DNA of 45,867 nt from a virus (taxonomy: Duplodnaviria; Caudoviricetes). Within the stretch, counting starts at the first letter, position 1. The number at the start of each line of letters is the position of its first letter. The notes beneath the pieces are model-generated. The model saw only the letters and a program-made list of their open reading frames with translations. It searched no databases and had not been told where the DNA came from. Positions 35,442 through 43,617 of this stretch are shown here, piece by piece. The DNA lies in IMG/VR virus record IMGVR_UViG_3300046000_004867, positions 1 to 45,867 of that record; one strand, 5' to 3'. A program made the translations under genes and the position numbers.

Positions 35442-37541
35442 ATGACAATCCTCTGGTTTGACTGCGAAACCTTCAGCGAGTGCGAACTCAAGGCGCACGG
35501 CACGCACCGCTACGCCGAACACCCCAGCACCGAGATAACTGTGGCCCAGTGGGCGGTCGGCGATGGCGAGCCTGTGGTCAGGGACTGCACCGACATGGGC
35601 AACGGCGGCAACTTCATGCCAGCCGAACTGCACCCGCTCCTGCTTGACCCCACCGTCACCGTCATCGCGCACAACAGCGCCTTCGATCGCACCCTGCTGC
35701 GCCACTGCTGGGGCATCGAGGTGCCCGTGGAACGCTGGCAAGACACGATGATCCAGGCCATGGCCCACGGCCTACCTGGCGGTCTGGATAAGATCGGGCA
35801 GATCGTTGGCCTCACTGCCGACCAGGCCAAGGACAAGCGCGGGCGCGAGCTCATCCAACTATTTTGCAAACCGCGGCCGAAGGGCAGCACATTGAGAAGG
35901 GCTACCCGTGAAACGCACCCCGAGCAGTGGGCCGAGTTCCTCGAGTACAGCAGACAAGATATTGTCGCCATGCGAGCCATCGGCCAGCGCATGCCAAGCT
36001 GGAACTACCGCGCCGGCCACGCCGAGCTCGACCTCTGGCACCTTGATCAGCGCATCAATGATCGCGGAGTGGCAGTCGACCTGAAACTCGCGGACGCCGC
36101 CATCACAGCTGTTGCACTTGAACAGAAACGACTGAAGGCCCAGGTCACCGAGGAGACCGACGGCCTGGTCACCAACGCCAGCCAGCGCGACAACCTGCTA
36201 GCATTCATCTGCGCCGAGTACGGCGTCACCCTGCCCGACATGAAGGCCGACACCCTGCGCCGCAGGATGGACGACCCAGAGCTGCCCGACGCGGTCAAGC
36301 TGCTGATGTCCATCCGACTCGAGGCCACCAAGACCAGCACGGCCAAGTACAAGGCCCTGGTCAACGCCTCGAGCAGCGACGGGCGCCTGCGCAACACCCT
36401 GCAGTTCGCTGGCGCCTCGCGCACCGCACGCTGGGCCGGGCGGATCTTCCAGCCGCAGAACCTCCCACGCCCTGAGTATGGGTTCGATGAGGCAGCGCAG
36501 GAGCTGGTGGTCCAGGCGCTGAAAACAAACTGCGCCGACCTGGTCTACACCAACGTGATGCAGCAGACCGCGAACGCCATCCGCGGCTGCATTGTGGCGC
36601 CACCCGGTAAGAAGCTGGTGATCTCCGACCTGTCCAACATCGAAGGCCGTGGCCTGGCGTTCCTGGCCGGCGAGCGCTGGAAGCTCAGGGCCTTTGCAGA
36701 GTTCGACGCGGGCATCGGTGCCGACCTCTATGTACGTGCTTATGCCGCCGCGTTCGGCATCCCGCCCGAACAGGTCACCAAGACCATGCGCCAGATCGGT
36801 AAGGTCATGGAGTTGGGGCTGGGCTACGAGGGTGGTGTCGCTGCGTTCCTGACCTTCGCTGCCGTGTACGGCATGGATCTGGAGGAACTGGCCAACGCCG
36901 TATGGGCTGCCGCCAGTCCGGAGGCGATCGAGCAAGCGCAGGGCATGCTGGCGTGGTTCAAGAAGCAACGGCGCAGCACGCTTGGCCTGTCCGATCGGGT
37001 GTGGGTTGCGTGCGAGGTGCTAGTGCTCGGCTGGCGCGAGGCGCACACCAACACCAAAGCCCTGTGGAAGGCAGCAGGCGACAGCGTGCGCGCGGCCATT
37101 CAGAACCCGGGCGAGACGTTCCCGATCGGTGAGCACCTCAAGGCCCGCCGCGATGGTGCCTGGCTGCGCATCCGCCTGCCCAGTGGCCGATACCTCTGCT
37201 ACATCAACCCCAAGGTCGACGACGACGGGCAGATTACTTATTTCGGCGTCAATCAGTACACCCGCCAATGGGGTCCGATCAAAACCTACGGTGGCAAGCT
37301 GGTGGAGAACTGCACCCAGGCCTTCGCCCGCGACATCATGGCCTACAACATGCCCGGCATCGATGCCGCTGGCTACGAGATCGTGCTCAGTGTGCACGAC
37401 GAACTGCTGACCGAGACACCGGACAGCCCCGAGTTCAGCGTCGACCACCTGAGCAGCATGCTGTCCTGGGCTCCGCAGTGGGCAAAGGGCATCCCGCTGG
37501 CTGCCGCGGGCTTTGAAACTTATCGATACAGAAAGGACTAG
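35442..37541 (+). CDS. Family A DNA polymerase with 3'-5' exonuclease
   Basis: DCET ExoI, AHNSAFD ExoII, SDLSNIEGR motif A, RQIGKVMELGLGY motif B, VHDE motif C. Confidence 0.95.
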   Translation: MTILWFDCETFSECELKAHGTHRYAEHPSTEITVAQWAVGDGEPVVRDCTDMGNGGNFMPAELHPLLLDPTVTVIAHNSAFDRTLLRHCWGIEVPVERWQDTMIQAMAHGLPGGLDKIGQIVGLTADQAKDKRGRELIQLFCKPRPKGSTLRRATRETHPEQWAEFLEYSRQDIVAMRAIGQRMPSWNYRAGHAELDLWHLDQRINDRGVAVDLKLADAAITAVALEQKRLKAQVTEETDGLVTNASQRDNLLAFICAEYGVTLPDMKADTLRRRMDDPELPDAVKLLMSIRLEATKTSTAKYKALVNASSSDGRLRNTLQFAGASRTARWAGRIFQPQNLPRPEYGFDEAAQELVVQALKTNCADLVYTNVMQQTANAIRGCIVAPPGKKLVISDLSNIEGRGLAFLAGERWKLRAFAEFDAGIGADLYVRAYAAAFGIPPEQVTKTMRQIGKVMELGLGYEGGVAAFLTFAAVYGMDLEELANAVWAAASPEAIEQAQGMLAWFKKQRRSTLGLSDRVWVACEVLVLGWREAHTNTKALWKAAGDSVRAAIQNPGETFPIGEHLKARRDGAWLRIRLPSGRYLCYINPKVDDDGQITYFGVNQYTRQWGPIKTYGGKLVENCTQAFARDIMAYNMPGIDAAGYEIVLSVHDELLTETPDSPEFSVDHLSSMLSWAPQWAKGIPLAAAGFETYRYRKD

Positions 37542-37549
37542 CACCTGTT

Positions 37550-37565
37550 TAGCATGTGCTACAAT
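37550..37565 (+). promoter_or_regulatory. Operator TAGCATGTGCTA overlapping extended -10 TGCTACAAT
   Basis: Identical to the 32516 site. Confidence 0.7.
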
Positions 37566-37591
37566 TACACATCAACAACCGAAAGAGGAAA

Positions 37592-37753
37592 ATGAACACT
37601 CGCAAATACCCCCGCACTTTGAATGAGGCCTTCGGCCCGTACTGCACACCCCACATCGACGAGCCCGAAAGCACCGACTACCCGGCCGCCTGGTGGGCGA
37701 TGGTCGTCATCATCTCCATCGTCAGCCTGATCCTTATCGTGGTTACAGCATGA
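37592..37753 (+). CDS. Small membrane protein
   Basis: TRKYPRTLNEAFG motif, C-terminal TM; GAGG RBS. Confidence 0.65.
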   Translation: MNTRKYPRTLNEAFGPYCTPHIDEPESTDYPAAWWAMVVIISIVSLILIVVTA

Positions 37754-37950
37754 ACTGCTGCAACGACTACGGCCAGTGCACCCGAGGCGAGCACTGCTGC
37801 GCACGCAAACCCCAAGAGCTGCACGTCACAATGGAAGACAACCCATTCGACATGGACTGGATGCTCGAGACGGTGCGCGACCTGTTCGCCATCATCGGGT
37901 TCGTGGCCATGGTGATTCTGATCGGCTTGTTCTTTGGGTACTTGTCATGA
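37750..37950 (+). CDS. Small Cys-rich membrane protein
   Basis: MNCCNDYGQCTRG start, C-terminal TM; ATGA-coupled. Confidence 0.6.
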   Translation: MNCCNDYGQCTRGEHCCARKPQELHVTMEDNPFDMDWMLETVRDLFAIIGFVAMVILIGLFFGYLS

Positions 37951-38267
37951 ACCCCGAGAGCCTAAAGAACCTGCGGCGCGGCGCCCCGCCCAAGGCCCGC
38001 ATCTGTAACTGCTGCGGCGAGGCAAAGGCCACCAGCGCGTTCTCGTGGAACCAAGGTATTCACGAGTACGTCAAGACCTGCAGAGAGTGCGGGCAGTGGC
38101 TGTTCCTGTTCCGCAAGGTGTTCGGAGATACCCGCGACTGGGAAAAGAATCGCGCGGACCAGCGCAAGCGTGACTTTGAAAAACGAATCACCGAGCGCCC
38201 CATCAACATCGCTGGCGTCGCCCTCTGGAACGCCTGGCACCAACCCTCGAAAGACAATCATGCTTGA
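37947..38267 (+). CDS. Zinc-finger protein
   Basis: CNCC..CREC motifs; ATGA-coupled. Confidence 0.6.
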   Translation: MNPESLKNLRRGAPPKARICNCCGEAKATSAFSWNQGIHEYVKTCRECGQWLFLFRKVFGDTRDWEKNRADQRKRDFEKRITERPINIAGVALWNAWHQPSKDNHA

Positions 38268-38526
38268 ACGCGAAGTCGAAGCCCACCTAGTCAACCGCGT
38301 GAAAGCGCTCGGTGGCGAGTGCCGCAAGTTGAAATGGATCGGCCGTAACGGTGCGCCCGATCGCCTGGTGATGCTGCCCAAGGCCACCTGCGTGTTCGTG
38401 GAACTAAAGCGCCCCGGGGAGAAGGCCAAGCCCCACCAGCTGCGCGAGCACGTGCGCATGCGCGAGATGGGCCAGATTGTGCTGGTGCTCGACAGCATCG
38501 AAGCCATCGACGAGTGGTTGTCATGA
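38260..38526 (+). CDS. VRR-NUC domain nuclease
   Basis: EREVE..GAPDRLV..FVELKRPG..Q. Confidence 0.9.
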   Translation: MLEREVEAHLVNRVKALGGECRKLKWIGRNGAPDRLVMLPKATCVFVELKRPGEKAKPHQLREHVRMREMGQIVLVLDSIEAIDEWLS

Positions 38527-38816
38527 AGAAGCCACACCACCCAGGCATCCGCCTGGTGCTGCGCGATGCGCCTGAAGGTCTGACGGCATTGGAGCTGGCA
38601 GCCCGCATCCCAGACATGGACTACAACGCCGCGCGCCGTGCGTTGAATGGAATGCCTGACGCCTACATCGACCGCTGGATTCTGATGCCTGGCAGCCGTG
38701 GGCAATTCCAGGCGGTCTGGTGCGTCGTAACCCCACCGGACAACTGCCCGCACCCGAAGGACCGGTTCAAGGTCGAAGCGCGCACGCAGTGGGCACACCG
38801 GCACACCACGCTATGA
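38523..38816 (+). CDS. Hypothetical winged-HTH-like protein
   Basis: IRLVL..GLTALELA..MPDAYIDRW; coupled on both sides. Confidence 0.65.
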   Translation: MKKPHHPGIRLVLRDAPEGLTALELAARIPDMDYNAARRALNGMPDAYIDRWILMPGSRGQFQAVWCVVTPPDNCPHPKDRFKVEARTQWAHRHTTL

Positions 38817-40225
38817 GGCGCGAGTACATACCCCGGGCGTTTGCCCCGCTGGCCATGAATCATATGGTGAACAACCCACGGTGCGCATTGTGGGCGAAGC
38901 CGGGACTTGGCAAAACCTGCATGACCCTGACGTTCTTGGATTACTTGCACAACGTGTGGGGTGAAGACCGCCCGACGTTGGTGCTGGCCCCGCTGCGCGT
39001 TGCGCGTGACACCTGGGCCAACGAGGCGCACAAGTGGGGGCACCTCAAAAGCATCGAGGTTGTCCCGATTGTAGGCGACGTTGACCAGCGCCGCGCCGCA
39101 CTGCGCAAGGGCGCCCCGGTCTACACCACGAACTACGACAATTTGATCTGGCTGCGCGAGCAGTTCGAGGGCAAGGCCTGGCCATTCGCCACGGTGGTGG
39201 CCGATGAGAGCACCAAGCTCAAAGGCTTCCGCCTGCGCCAGGGCGGCGTGCGTGCGCAGGCCCTGGCCAAGGTTGCACACAAGGACGTCGAGCGCTGGAT
39301 CAACCTGACCGGTACGCCGGCCAGCAACGGACTCGAGGATCTGTGGGGCCAGACCTGGTTCCTGGATGCAGGCCAGCGCCTGGGCCGCACGTTCAGCGCG
39401 TTTCAGGACCGATGGTTCGGCATGCGCAACCGCAAGCACGAGGCCTCCGGTAAGACCTACACCGAGCGCTTCATATTCCCCGACGCGCAGGTCGAGATCC
39501 AGGACCGGCTGGCCGACATCTGCCTGACACTGGACCCTAAGGATTGGTTCGATCTCAAGGACCCGATCGTCAACGTGATCGAGGTCGAGCTGCCAGCCAG
39601 CGCCCGCTCGAAGTACCGCGAGATGGAGCGCGAGCTCTTCACCATGATCGAGGGCAACGAGGTCGAGGCGTTCAACGCCGCGGCCAAGTCGCAGAAGCTG
39701 CTGCAGATGTGCAATGGTGCCGTCTACCTGGACCCCGAGCGCTACGGTGCGGGCACCTGGGTGGAAGTGCACATGGAGAAGCTCGACGCGCTCGAGGAGC
39801 TGGCCGAGCAGACCGGCGACGAGCCGCTGCTGGTGGCCTACTACTTCAAGAGCGACCTGGCCCGCCTGCTGCGCCGCTTCCCCGACGCGCTGGACATCTC
39901 CACCGAGGCCGGCATGGCGGCCGCACAGGCAGGCCAGGGCAAGCTCTGGCTGGGCCACCCCGCCAGCGTGGGCCACGGTGTGGACGGCCTGCAGAAGTGG
40001 TGCCGCCAGATCGTGATCTTCGCCCAGGACTGGAACCTCGAGCACTTCGACCAGATCCTCGAGCGCATCGGCCCGATGCGCCAGTACCAGGAAGGCAAGG
40101 CGGTCGACGTGTTCATTCACCACATCGTCGCGCGCAACACGATCGACGAGTTGGTGATGGCCAGGCGCGAGTCCAAGCGCAGCGTGCAAGATTTATTATT
40201 GGAATTTTTGAAAGGCAAAAGATGA
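38813..40225 (+). CDS. SNF2-like SF2 helicase
   Basis: PGLGKT, VVADES, LTGTP, HPASVGHGVDGLQ, QILERIG. Confidence 0.92.
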   Translation: MRREYIPRAFAPLAMNHMVNNPRCALWAKPGLGKTCMTLTFLDYLHNVWGEDRPTLVLAPLRVARDTWANEAHKWGHLKSIEVVPIVGDVDQRRAALRKGAPVYTTNYDNLIWLREQFEGKAWPFATVVADESTKLKGFRLRQGGVRAQALAKVAHKDVERWINLTGTPASNGLEDLWGQTWFLDAGQRLGRTFSAFQDRWFGMRNRKHEASGKTYTERFIFPDAQVEIQDRLADICLTLDPKDWFDLKDPIVNVIEVELPASARSKYREMERELFTMIEGNEVEAFNAAAKSQKLLQMCNGAVYLDPERYGAGTWVEVHMEKLDALEELAEQTGDEPLLVAYYFKSDLARLLRRFPDALDISTEAGMAAAQAGQGKLWLGHPASVGHGVDGLQKWCRQIVIFAQDWNLEHFDQILERIGPMRQYQEGKAVDVFIHHIVARNTIDELVMARRESKRSVQDLLLEFLKGKR

Positions 40226-40545
40226 TTCACACCAAGTGCCACGACTGTGGCGCCGAAGGGTTTACCGGCGTGCATGTCTGCCCCAAGGGAAACCGGGTGC
40301 CGAAGCCCGGCCTGTCGGTCAAGGACTACGTCGCCGCACTGCCCGACCCCGTCAACCACCCGCCCCACTACACCAGCCACCCCAGCGGTGTGGAGTGCAT
40401 CCAGATCACCGAGCACATGGGCTTCAACCTGGGCAACGCGCTCAAGTACATCTGGCGTGCGGATCTGAAGCACGACGCGGTGGAGGACCTGCGCAAGGCG
40501 CGCTGGTATCTGGACCGTGAGATTGCCAAGCGGGTGAAGCCGTGA
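40222..40545 (+). CDS. DUF3310 domain protein
   Basis: DPVNHPPHY..ECI..FNLGNALKYIWRA..EDLRKARWY. Confidence 0.88.
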   Translation: MIHTKCHDCGAEGFTGVHVCPKGNRVPKPGLSVKDYVAALPDPVNHPPHYTSHPSGVECIQITEHMGFNLGNALKYIWRADLKHDAVEDLRKARWYLDREIAKRVKP

Positions 40546-40817
40546 TCCAGGCCGCCAACTGGTGCGAAAAGCACGGCGTCAGCTACCACGCCATTTGCAT
40601 GGAATGCGAAGCGGGTGCCCAAGTGAACCAGACCAACAATCCCGTGGCCGTCGACCAGGGCTACTACTGGCAACACATGGACACCTGCCCCCGTGGCGTG
40701 AAGGTGCAGCTGCTCAACGCCGGAGGTGTTGCAGTTTACGGACAACACACCAGTGGACATAACCTGTGGCTCGGCTGGGCGCCGCTGCCCAATAAACCCG
40801 AATGGATGAAAGCATGA
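40542..40817 (+). CDS. Hypothetical protein
   Basis: WQHMDTCPRGVKVQLL..GWAPLP; overlapping start/stop coupling. Confidence 0.65.
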   Translation: MIQAANWCEKHGVSYHAICMECEAGAQVNQTNNPVAVDQGYYWQHMDTCPRGVKVQLLNAGGVAVYGQHTSGHNLWLGWAPLPNKPEWMKA

Positions 40818-41008
40818 GCGACGACATCGACCGCGCACAGAATGAAGTCGAGCGCTCGCTTGGCGAGGCCCTGCGCTCGCGCAAAGTATCAGGCCCCTCG
40901 CCTACTGGGCGCTGCCTGTACTGCGACGACATCACCGGCGATGAGCAGCGCTGGTGCGATGCAGGCTGCCGAGACGCGTGGCAAGACTTGCCAACACATT
41001 TACGCTAG
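40814..41008 (+). CDS. TraR/DksA-like C4 zinc-finger protein
   Basis: N-terminal DDIDRA (DxxDxA) and CLYC..CDAGC. Confidence 0.75.
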   Translation: MSDDIDRAQNEVERSLGEALRSRKVSGPSPTGRCLYCDDITGDEQRWCDAGCRDAWQDLPTHLR

Positions 41009-41092
41009 TGCATCCTGCTCCGATCGCCACGCAGTGCGCGGGCGTTTTGAGCGGTAAGTTTCTCGTAAGTGTTGGGTGGCTTTACGTTTTTG

Positions 41093-41120
41093 TAAGGTCA
41101 CAATATACATTATGCGTCCC
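41093..41120 (-). other. dif-like Xer recombination site (putative attP)
   Basis: GGGACGCATAA-TGTATA-TTGTGACCTTA vs E. coli dif GGTGCGCATAA-TGTATA-TTATGTTAAAT: 9/11, 6/6, 4/11; intergenic. Confidence 0.8.
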
Positions 41121-41139
41121 ATTAGGGGGGTTATTGTCC

Positions 41140-41167
41140 TAGCACCTGCTAAAAGATGTGGTACTAT
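41140..41167 (+). promoter_or_regulatory. Operator TAGCACCTGCTA and extended -10 TGGTACTAT before methylase operon
   Basis: Matches the TAGCA-N2-TGCTA palindrome. Confidence 0.6.
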
Positions 41168-41198
41168 TCGCTACAGTAATTAACAGTTTAGGAACGAA

Positions 41199-42482
41199 AT
41201 GGGCTTCACTTTTGGTTCGGTTTGTAGTGGCATAGAGGCCGCCTCGGTTGCCTGGCACCCGCTGGGTTGGAGGGCTGCTTGGTTGGCCGAGATCGAACCG
41301 TTCCCCAGCGCCTTGCTGGCACACCATTACCCCGAGGTCCCGAACCTCGGCGACATGACACAGCTCCCCGAACAGATCGTCATGGGCCAGGTGCCCGCGC
41401 CCGATCTGCTCTGTGGTGGCACCCCCTGCCAGGCCTTCAGTGTGGCGGGATTGCGACAGTCACTCGACGATGCTCGCGGAAACCTTTCCTTAACCTTCTG
41501 CGAGATCGCAAATGCCATCGACCTATCAAGAGCCCATGACGGGCAACAACCCTGCATCGTCTTCTGGGAGAACGTCCCCGGAGTCCTCAACACCAAGGAC
41601 AACGCCTTCGGCTGCTTCCTTGCTGGCCTTGCCGGCGAAGATGATGCGCTCGTCCCAGCAGGGGACAAATGGCCGAACGCTGGTGCTGTGTTTGGCCCCC
41701 AAAGAGCAGTCGCGTGGCGCGTCCTCGACGCCCAATACTTCGGAGTGGCCCAACGACGCCGCCGTGTGTTCGTTGTCGCAAGTGCTCGAGACGACATCGA
41801 TCCCGCCGCAATTCTTTTTGAGTTCGAGGGCGTGCGAAGGGATTCTGCGCCGAGCCGCGGGGCGCGGGAAACAGCTCCCACCATCCCTAGCCGCAGCACT
41901 GCAGGCGGTGGCCTCGGTACAGACTTCGACTGCGATGGCGGCCTGATCGCTGGGACGCTGCTCAAGGGTGGGCACAGCAACAACCCCCTGGACGAGACCC
42001 TGGTGGCGCACACGCTCACCAGCAACGGCGACGCACACAGCGGCTACCGCGACGAGAAGGGGCTGATCGCCTTCCACCACAACGCCCAGGTGGACCAGAT
42101 GAACTTTGACCCGAACACCAGTGCACCTCTGACGTGTTCGCAGCAGGCCGCGGTGGCTTGGTCAATCATGCCGATGAACAGCGGCAAGGATTACAAGGCG
42201 CGGGAAACCGACATCGCCCAGCCGATCATGGCGGGCGGGCCAGTGGGCGGTAACCAGGGGGGCGACTTCATCACGCAGTCGGCCATGCAAGTGCGCCGCC
42301 TCACCCCCCGCGAGTGTGAGCGCCTGCAAGGCTTCCCTGACGATTACACGCTGGTGCCCAACCGTGGCAAGCCTGCCGCCGATGGCCCGCGCTACAAGGC
42401 GCTGGGCAACTCCTGGGCGGTGCCGAACGTGCGCTGGATCGGCTGGCGTATTGCGTCCCAGGTGTTCGGGGATTTAGCATGA
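41199..42482 (+). CDS. C5 cytosine DNA methyltransferase
   Basis: CSGIEA (I), GGTPCQ (IV), ENV (VI), QRRRR (VIII), RRLTPRECERLQGFPD (IX), ALGNS (X). Confidence 0.95.
   Translation: MGFTFGSVCSGIEAASVAWHPLGWRAAWLAEIEPFPSALLAHHYPEVPNLGDMTQLPEQIVMGQVPAPDLLCGGTPCQAFSVAGLRQSLDDARGNLSLTFCEIANAIDLSRAHDGQQPCIVFWENVPGVLNTKDNAFGCFLAGLAGEDDALVPAGDKWPNAGAVFGPQRAVAWRVLDAQYFGVAQRRRRVFVVASARDDIDPAAILFEFEGVRRDSAPSRGARETAPTIPSRSTAGGGLGTDFDCDGGLIAGTLLKGGHSNNPLDETLVAHTLTSNGDAHSGYRDEKGLIAFHHNAQVDQMNFDPNTSAPLTCSQQAAVAWSIMPMNSGKDYKARETDIAQPIMAGGPVGGNQGGDFITQSAMQVRRLTPRECERLQGFPDDYTLVPNRGKPAADGPRYKALGNSWAVPNVRWIGWRIASQVFGDLA
41512..41946 (+). CDS. Nested +1-frame ORF, methyltransferase beta-subunit-like
   Basis: NTSEWPNDAAVCSLSQVLET..FFLS..GILRRA..RGKQLP resembles, from memory, the alternative-frame beta chain of M.EcoHK31I; start uncertain. 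Confidence 0.65.
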   Translation: MPSTYQEPMTGNNPASSSGRTSPESSTPRTTPSAASLLALPAKMMRSSQQGTNGRTLVLCLAPKEQSRGASSTPNTSEWPNDAAVCSLSQVLETTSIPPQFFLSSRACEGILRRAAGRGKQLPPSLAAALQAVASVQTSTAMAA

Positions 42483-42621
42483 AGGCTTTAGCAACGCTTG
42501 CACCAACCCAGTGCAAAAGCCATTTAACAATGTTCAATACAAAGCGTACCACCCCGTGTGCAGGAATCCCCCACCAACCCCTTGGGCTGCAAGGCCTTAA
42601 CTACTTGAAAGAATCGTGATT

Positions 42622-42825
42622 ATGCGCACCTTGTTTGAACCCTATCCAGACCGCCTGCGCATCGCCGACGGCAAGCTCTACATGGCCGACGGCAGCAGCG
42701 TGCGCAAGTACCTGCGTGAGTGGCAGGCCAGCCAGAAGATCGGCGTAGACGAGCCTCTTGTTCTGCAGCTGCGCAGCCAGGGCGAGCAGGTGCGCCGCCT
42801 TGCCTCATTCAGTTTGGTGGCGTGA
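42622..42825 (+). CDS. Hypothetical protein
   Basis: 67-aa ORF beginning MRT. Confidence 0.55.
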   Translation: MRTLFEPYPDRLRIADGKLYMADGSSVRKYLREWQASQKIGVDEPLVLQLRSQGEQVRRLASFSLVA

Positions 42826-42989
42826 TGAAATACGTCGGCTACACCTTCGTAACCCTAGCGATAGCTGGGTGGTTCAACCTCATCGACTTTCATGTGTGCG
42901 TGAAGGGTCCAGGCGAGTGTGGCCCTCACGCCTGCGCTCGTGCAGCAAGCACACCCCAACCCCCCGCCCCCTCAACAAAAACTCAATGA
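42825..42989 (+). CDS. Small protein with hydrophobic N-terminus
   Basis: TGATG-coupled; MKYVGYTFVTLAIAGWF. Confidence 0.45.
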   Translation: MKYVGYTFVTLAIAGWFNLIDFHVCVKGPGECGPHACARAASTPQPPAPSTKTQ

Positions 42990-43012
42990 ACGGAAGAACG
43001 ATTATGCGGACC
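42949..43012 (+). repeat. 64-bp degenerate direct repeat, copy 1
   Basis: 47/64 ungapped identity with 43365-43428 (counted by hand). Confidence 0.75.
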
Positions 43013-43363
43013 ATCATTGCCGGTAGCCGCGGGCTTACGCACCAGGCGATCGTAGACCAGGCTGTAGAGCTGTCTGGCTTCGTGGTCAGTGAGGTTGTGA
43101 GCGGCACCGCTCAAGGCGTTGATGCGCTGGGCGAAAGCTGGGCGATGGCGCGCGGCCTGCCGATCGTGGAGTTCCCGGCCAAGTGGATCGGCCCGCGGGG
43201 TCTGGACCGCGGCGCAGGCCACGCCAGAAACCAGCTGATGGCGAACTACGCCGAGGCCCTGGTAGCAGTGTGGGACGGCAGCAGTCCCGGCACCCGCGAC
43301 ATGATCAAGCGCGCGACCAAGCGTGGGCTCGCTGTCTTCGTCTACGACACGAGCCTTGCGTGA
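43004..43363 (+). CDS. SLOG-family (DUF2493/YspA-like) protein
   Basis: IIAGSR..VVSGTAQGVD..FPAKW..AGHARNQLM..WDGSSPGTRDMI. Confidence 0.85.
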   Translation: MRTIIAGSRGLTHQAIVDQAVELSGFVVSEVVSGTAQGVDALGESWAMARGLPIVEFPAKWIGPRGLDRGAGHARNQLMANYAEALVAVWDGSSPGTRDMIKRATKRGLAVFVYDTSLA

Positions 43364-43364
43364 T

Positions 43365-43428
43365 GCACGCCCCAACCCCCTGCCCTCTCAACGATTCAAC
43401 CATGAACGGAACCCACCTTATGCGTACC
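43365..43428 (+). repeat. 64-bp degenerate direct repeat, copy 2
   Basis: Matches 42949-43012; the pair flanks the SLOG gene. Confidence 0.75.
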
Positions 43429-43617
43429 AAGACCTTGACCACGCAGCTGCCCCCACTGCCAGAGCCCGAGGCACTGGGTATGGACTTCGACAAAGGCTGG
43501 GATGGCGTCCGTGCCTACGGCTACACCGAGGCGCAGATGCAGGCCTACGCTCTGCAGGCGCTGCGTGAGGCTGGCGTCTGGGTCCACCCCACTGCGTCGA
43601 GCGCAGCTCGTGCTTGA
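43420..43617 (+). CDS. Hypothetical protein
   Basis: LPPLPEP..YTEAQMQAYA motif common in small phage proteins. Confidence 0.6.
   Translation: MRTKTLTTQLPPLPEPEALGMDFDKGWDGVRAYGYTEAQMQAYALQALREAGVWVHPTASSAARA

Noticed and set aside
39544-40221. 333-aa ORF overlapping the helicase
   Set aside because: Only the part from ATG 40222 (DUF3310) is credible; the upstream part is an off-frame Arg/Gly-rich read-through
42949-43428. Repeat pair as a BPP-1-like diversity-generating retroelement TR/VR
   Set aside because: Only 9 of 17 mismatches are at adenines, the repeats are not at the 3' end of a target gene, and no reverse transcriptase ORF is present
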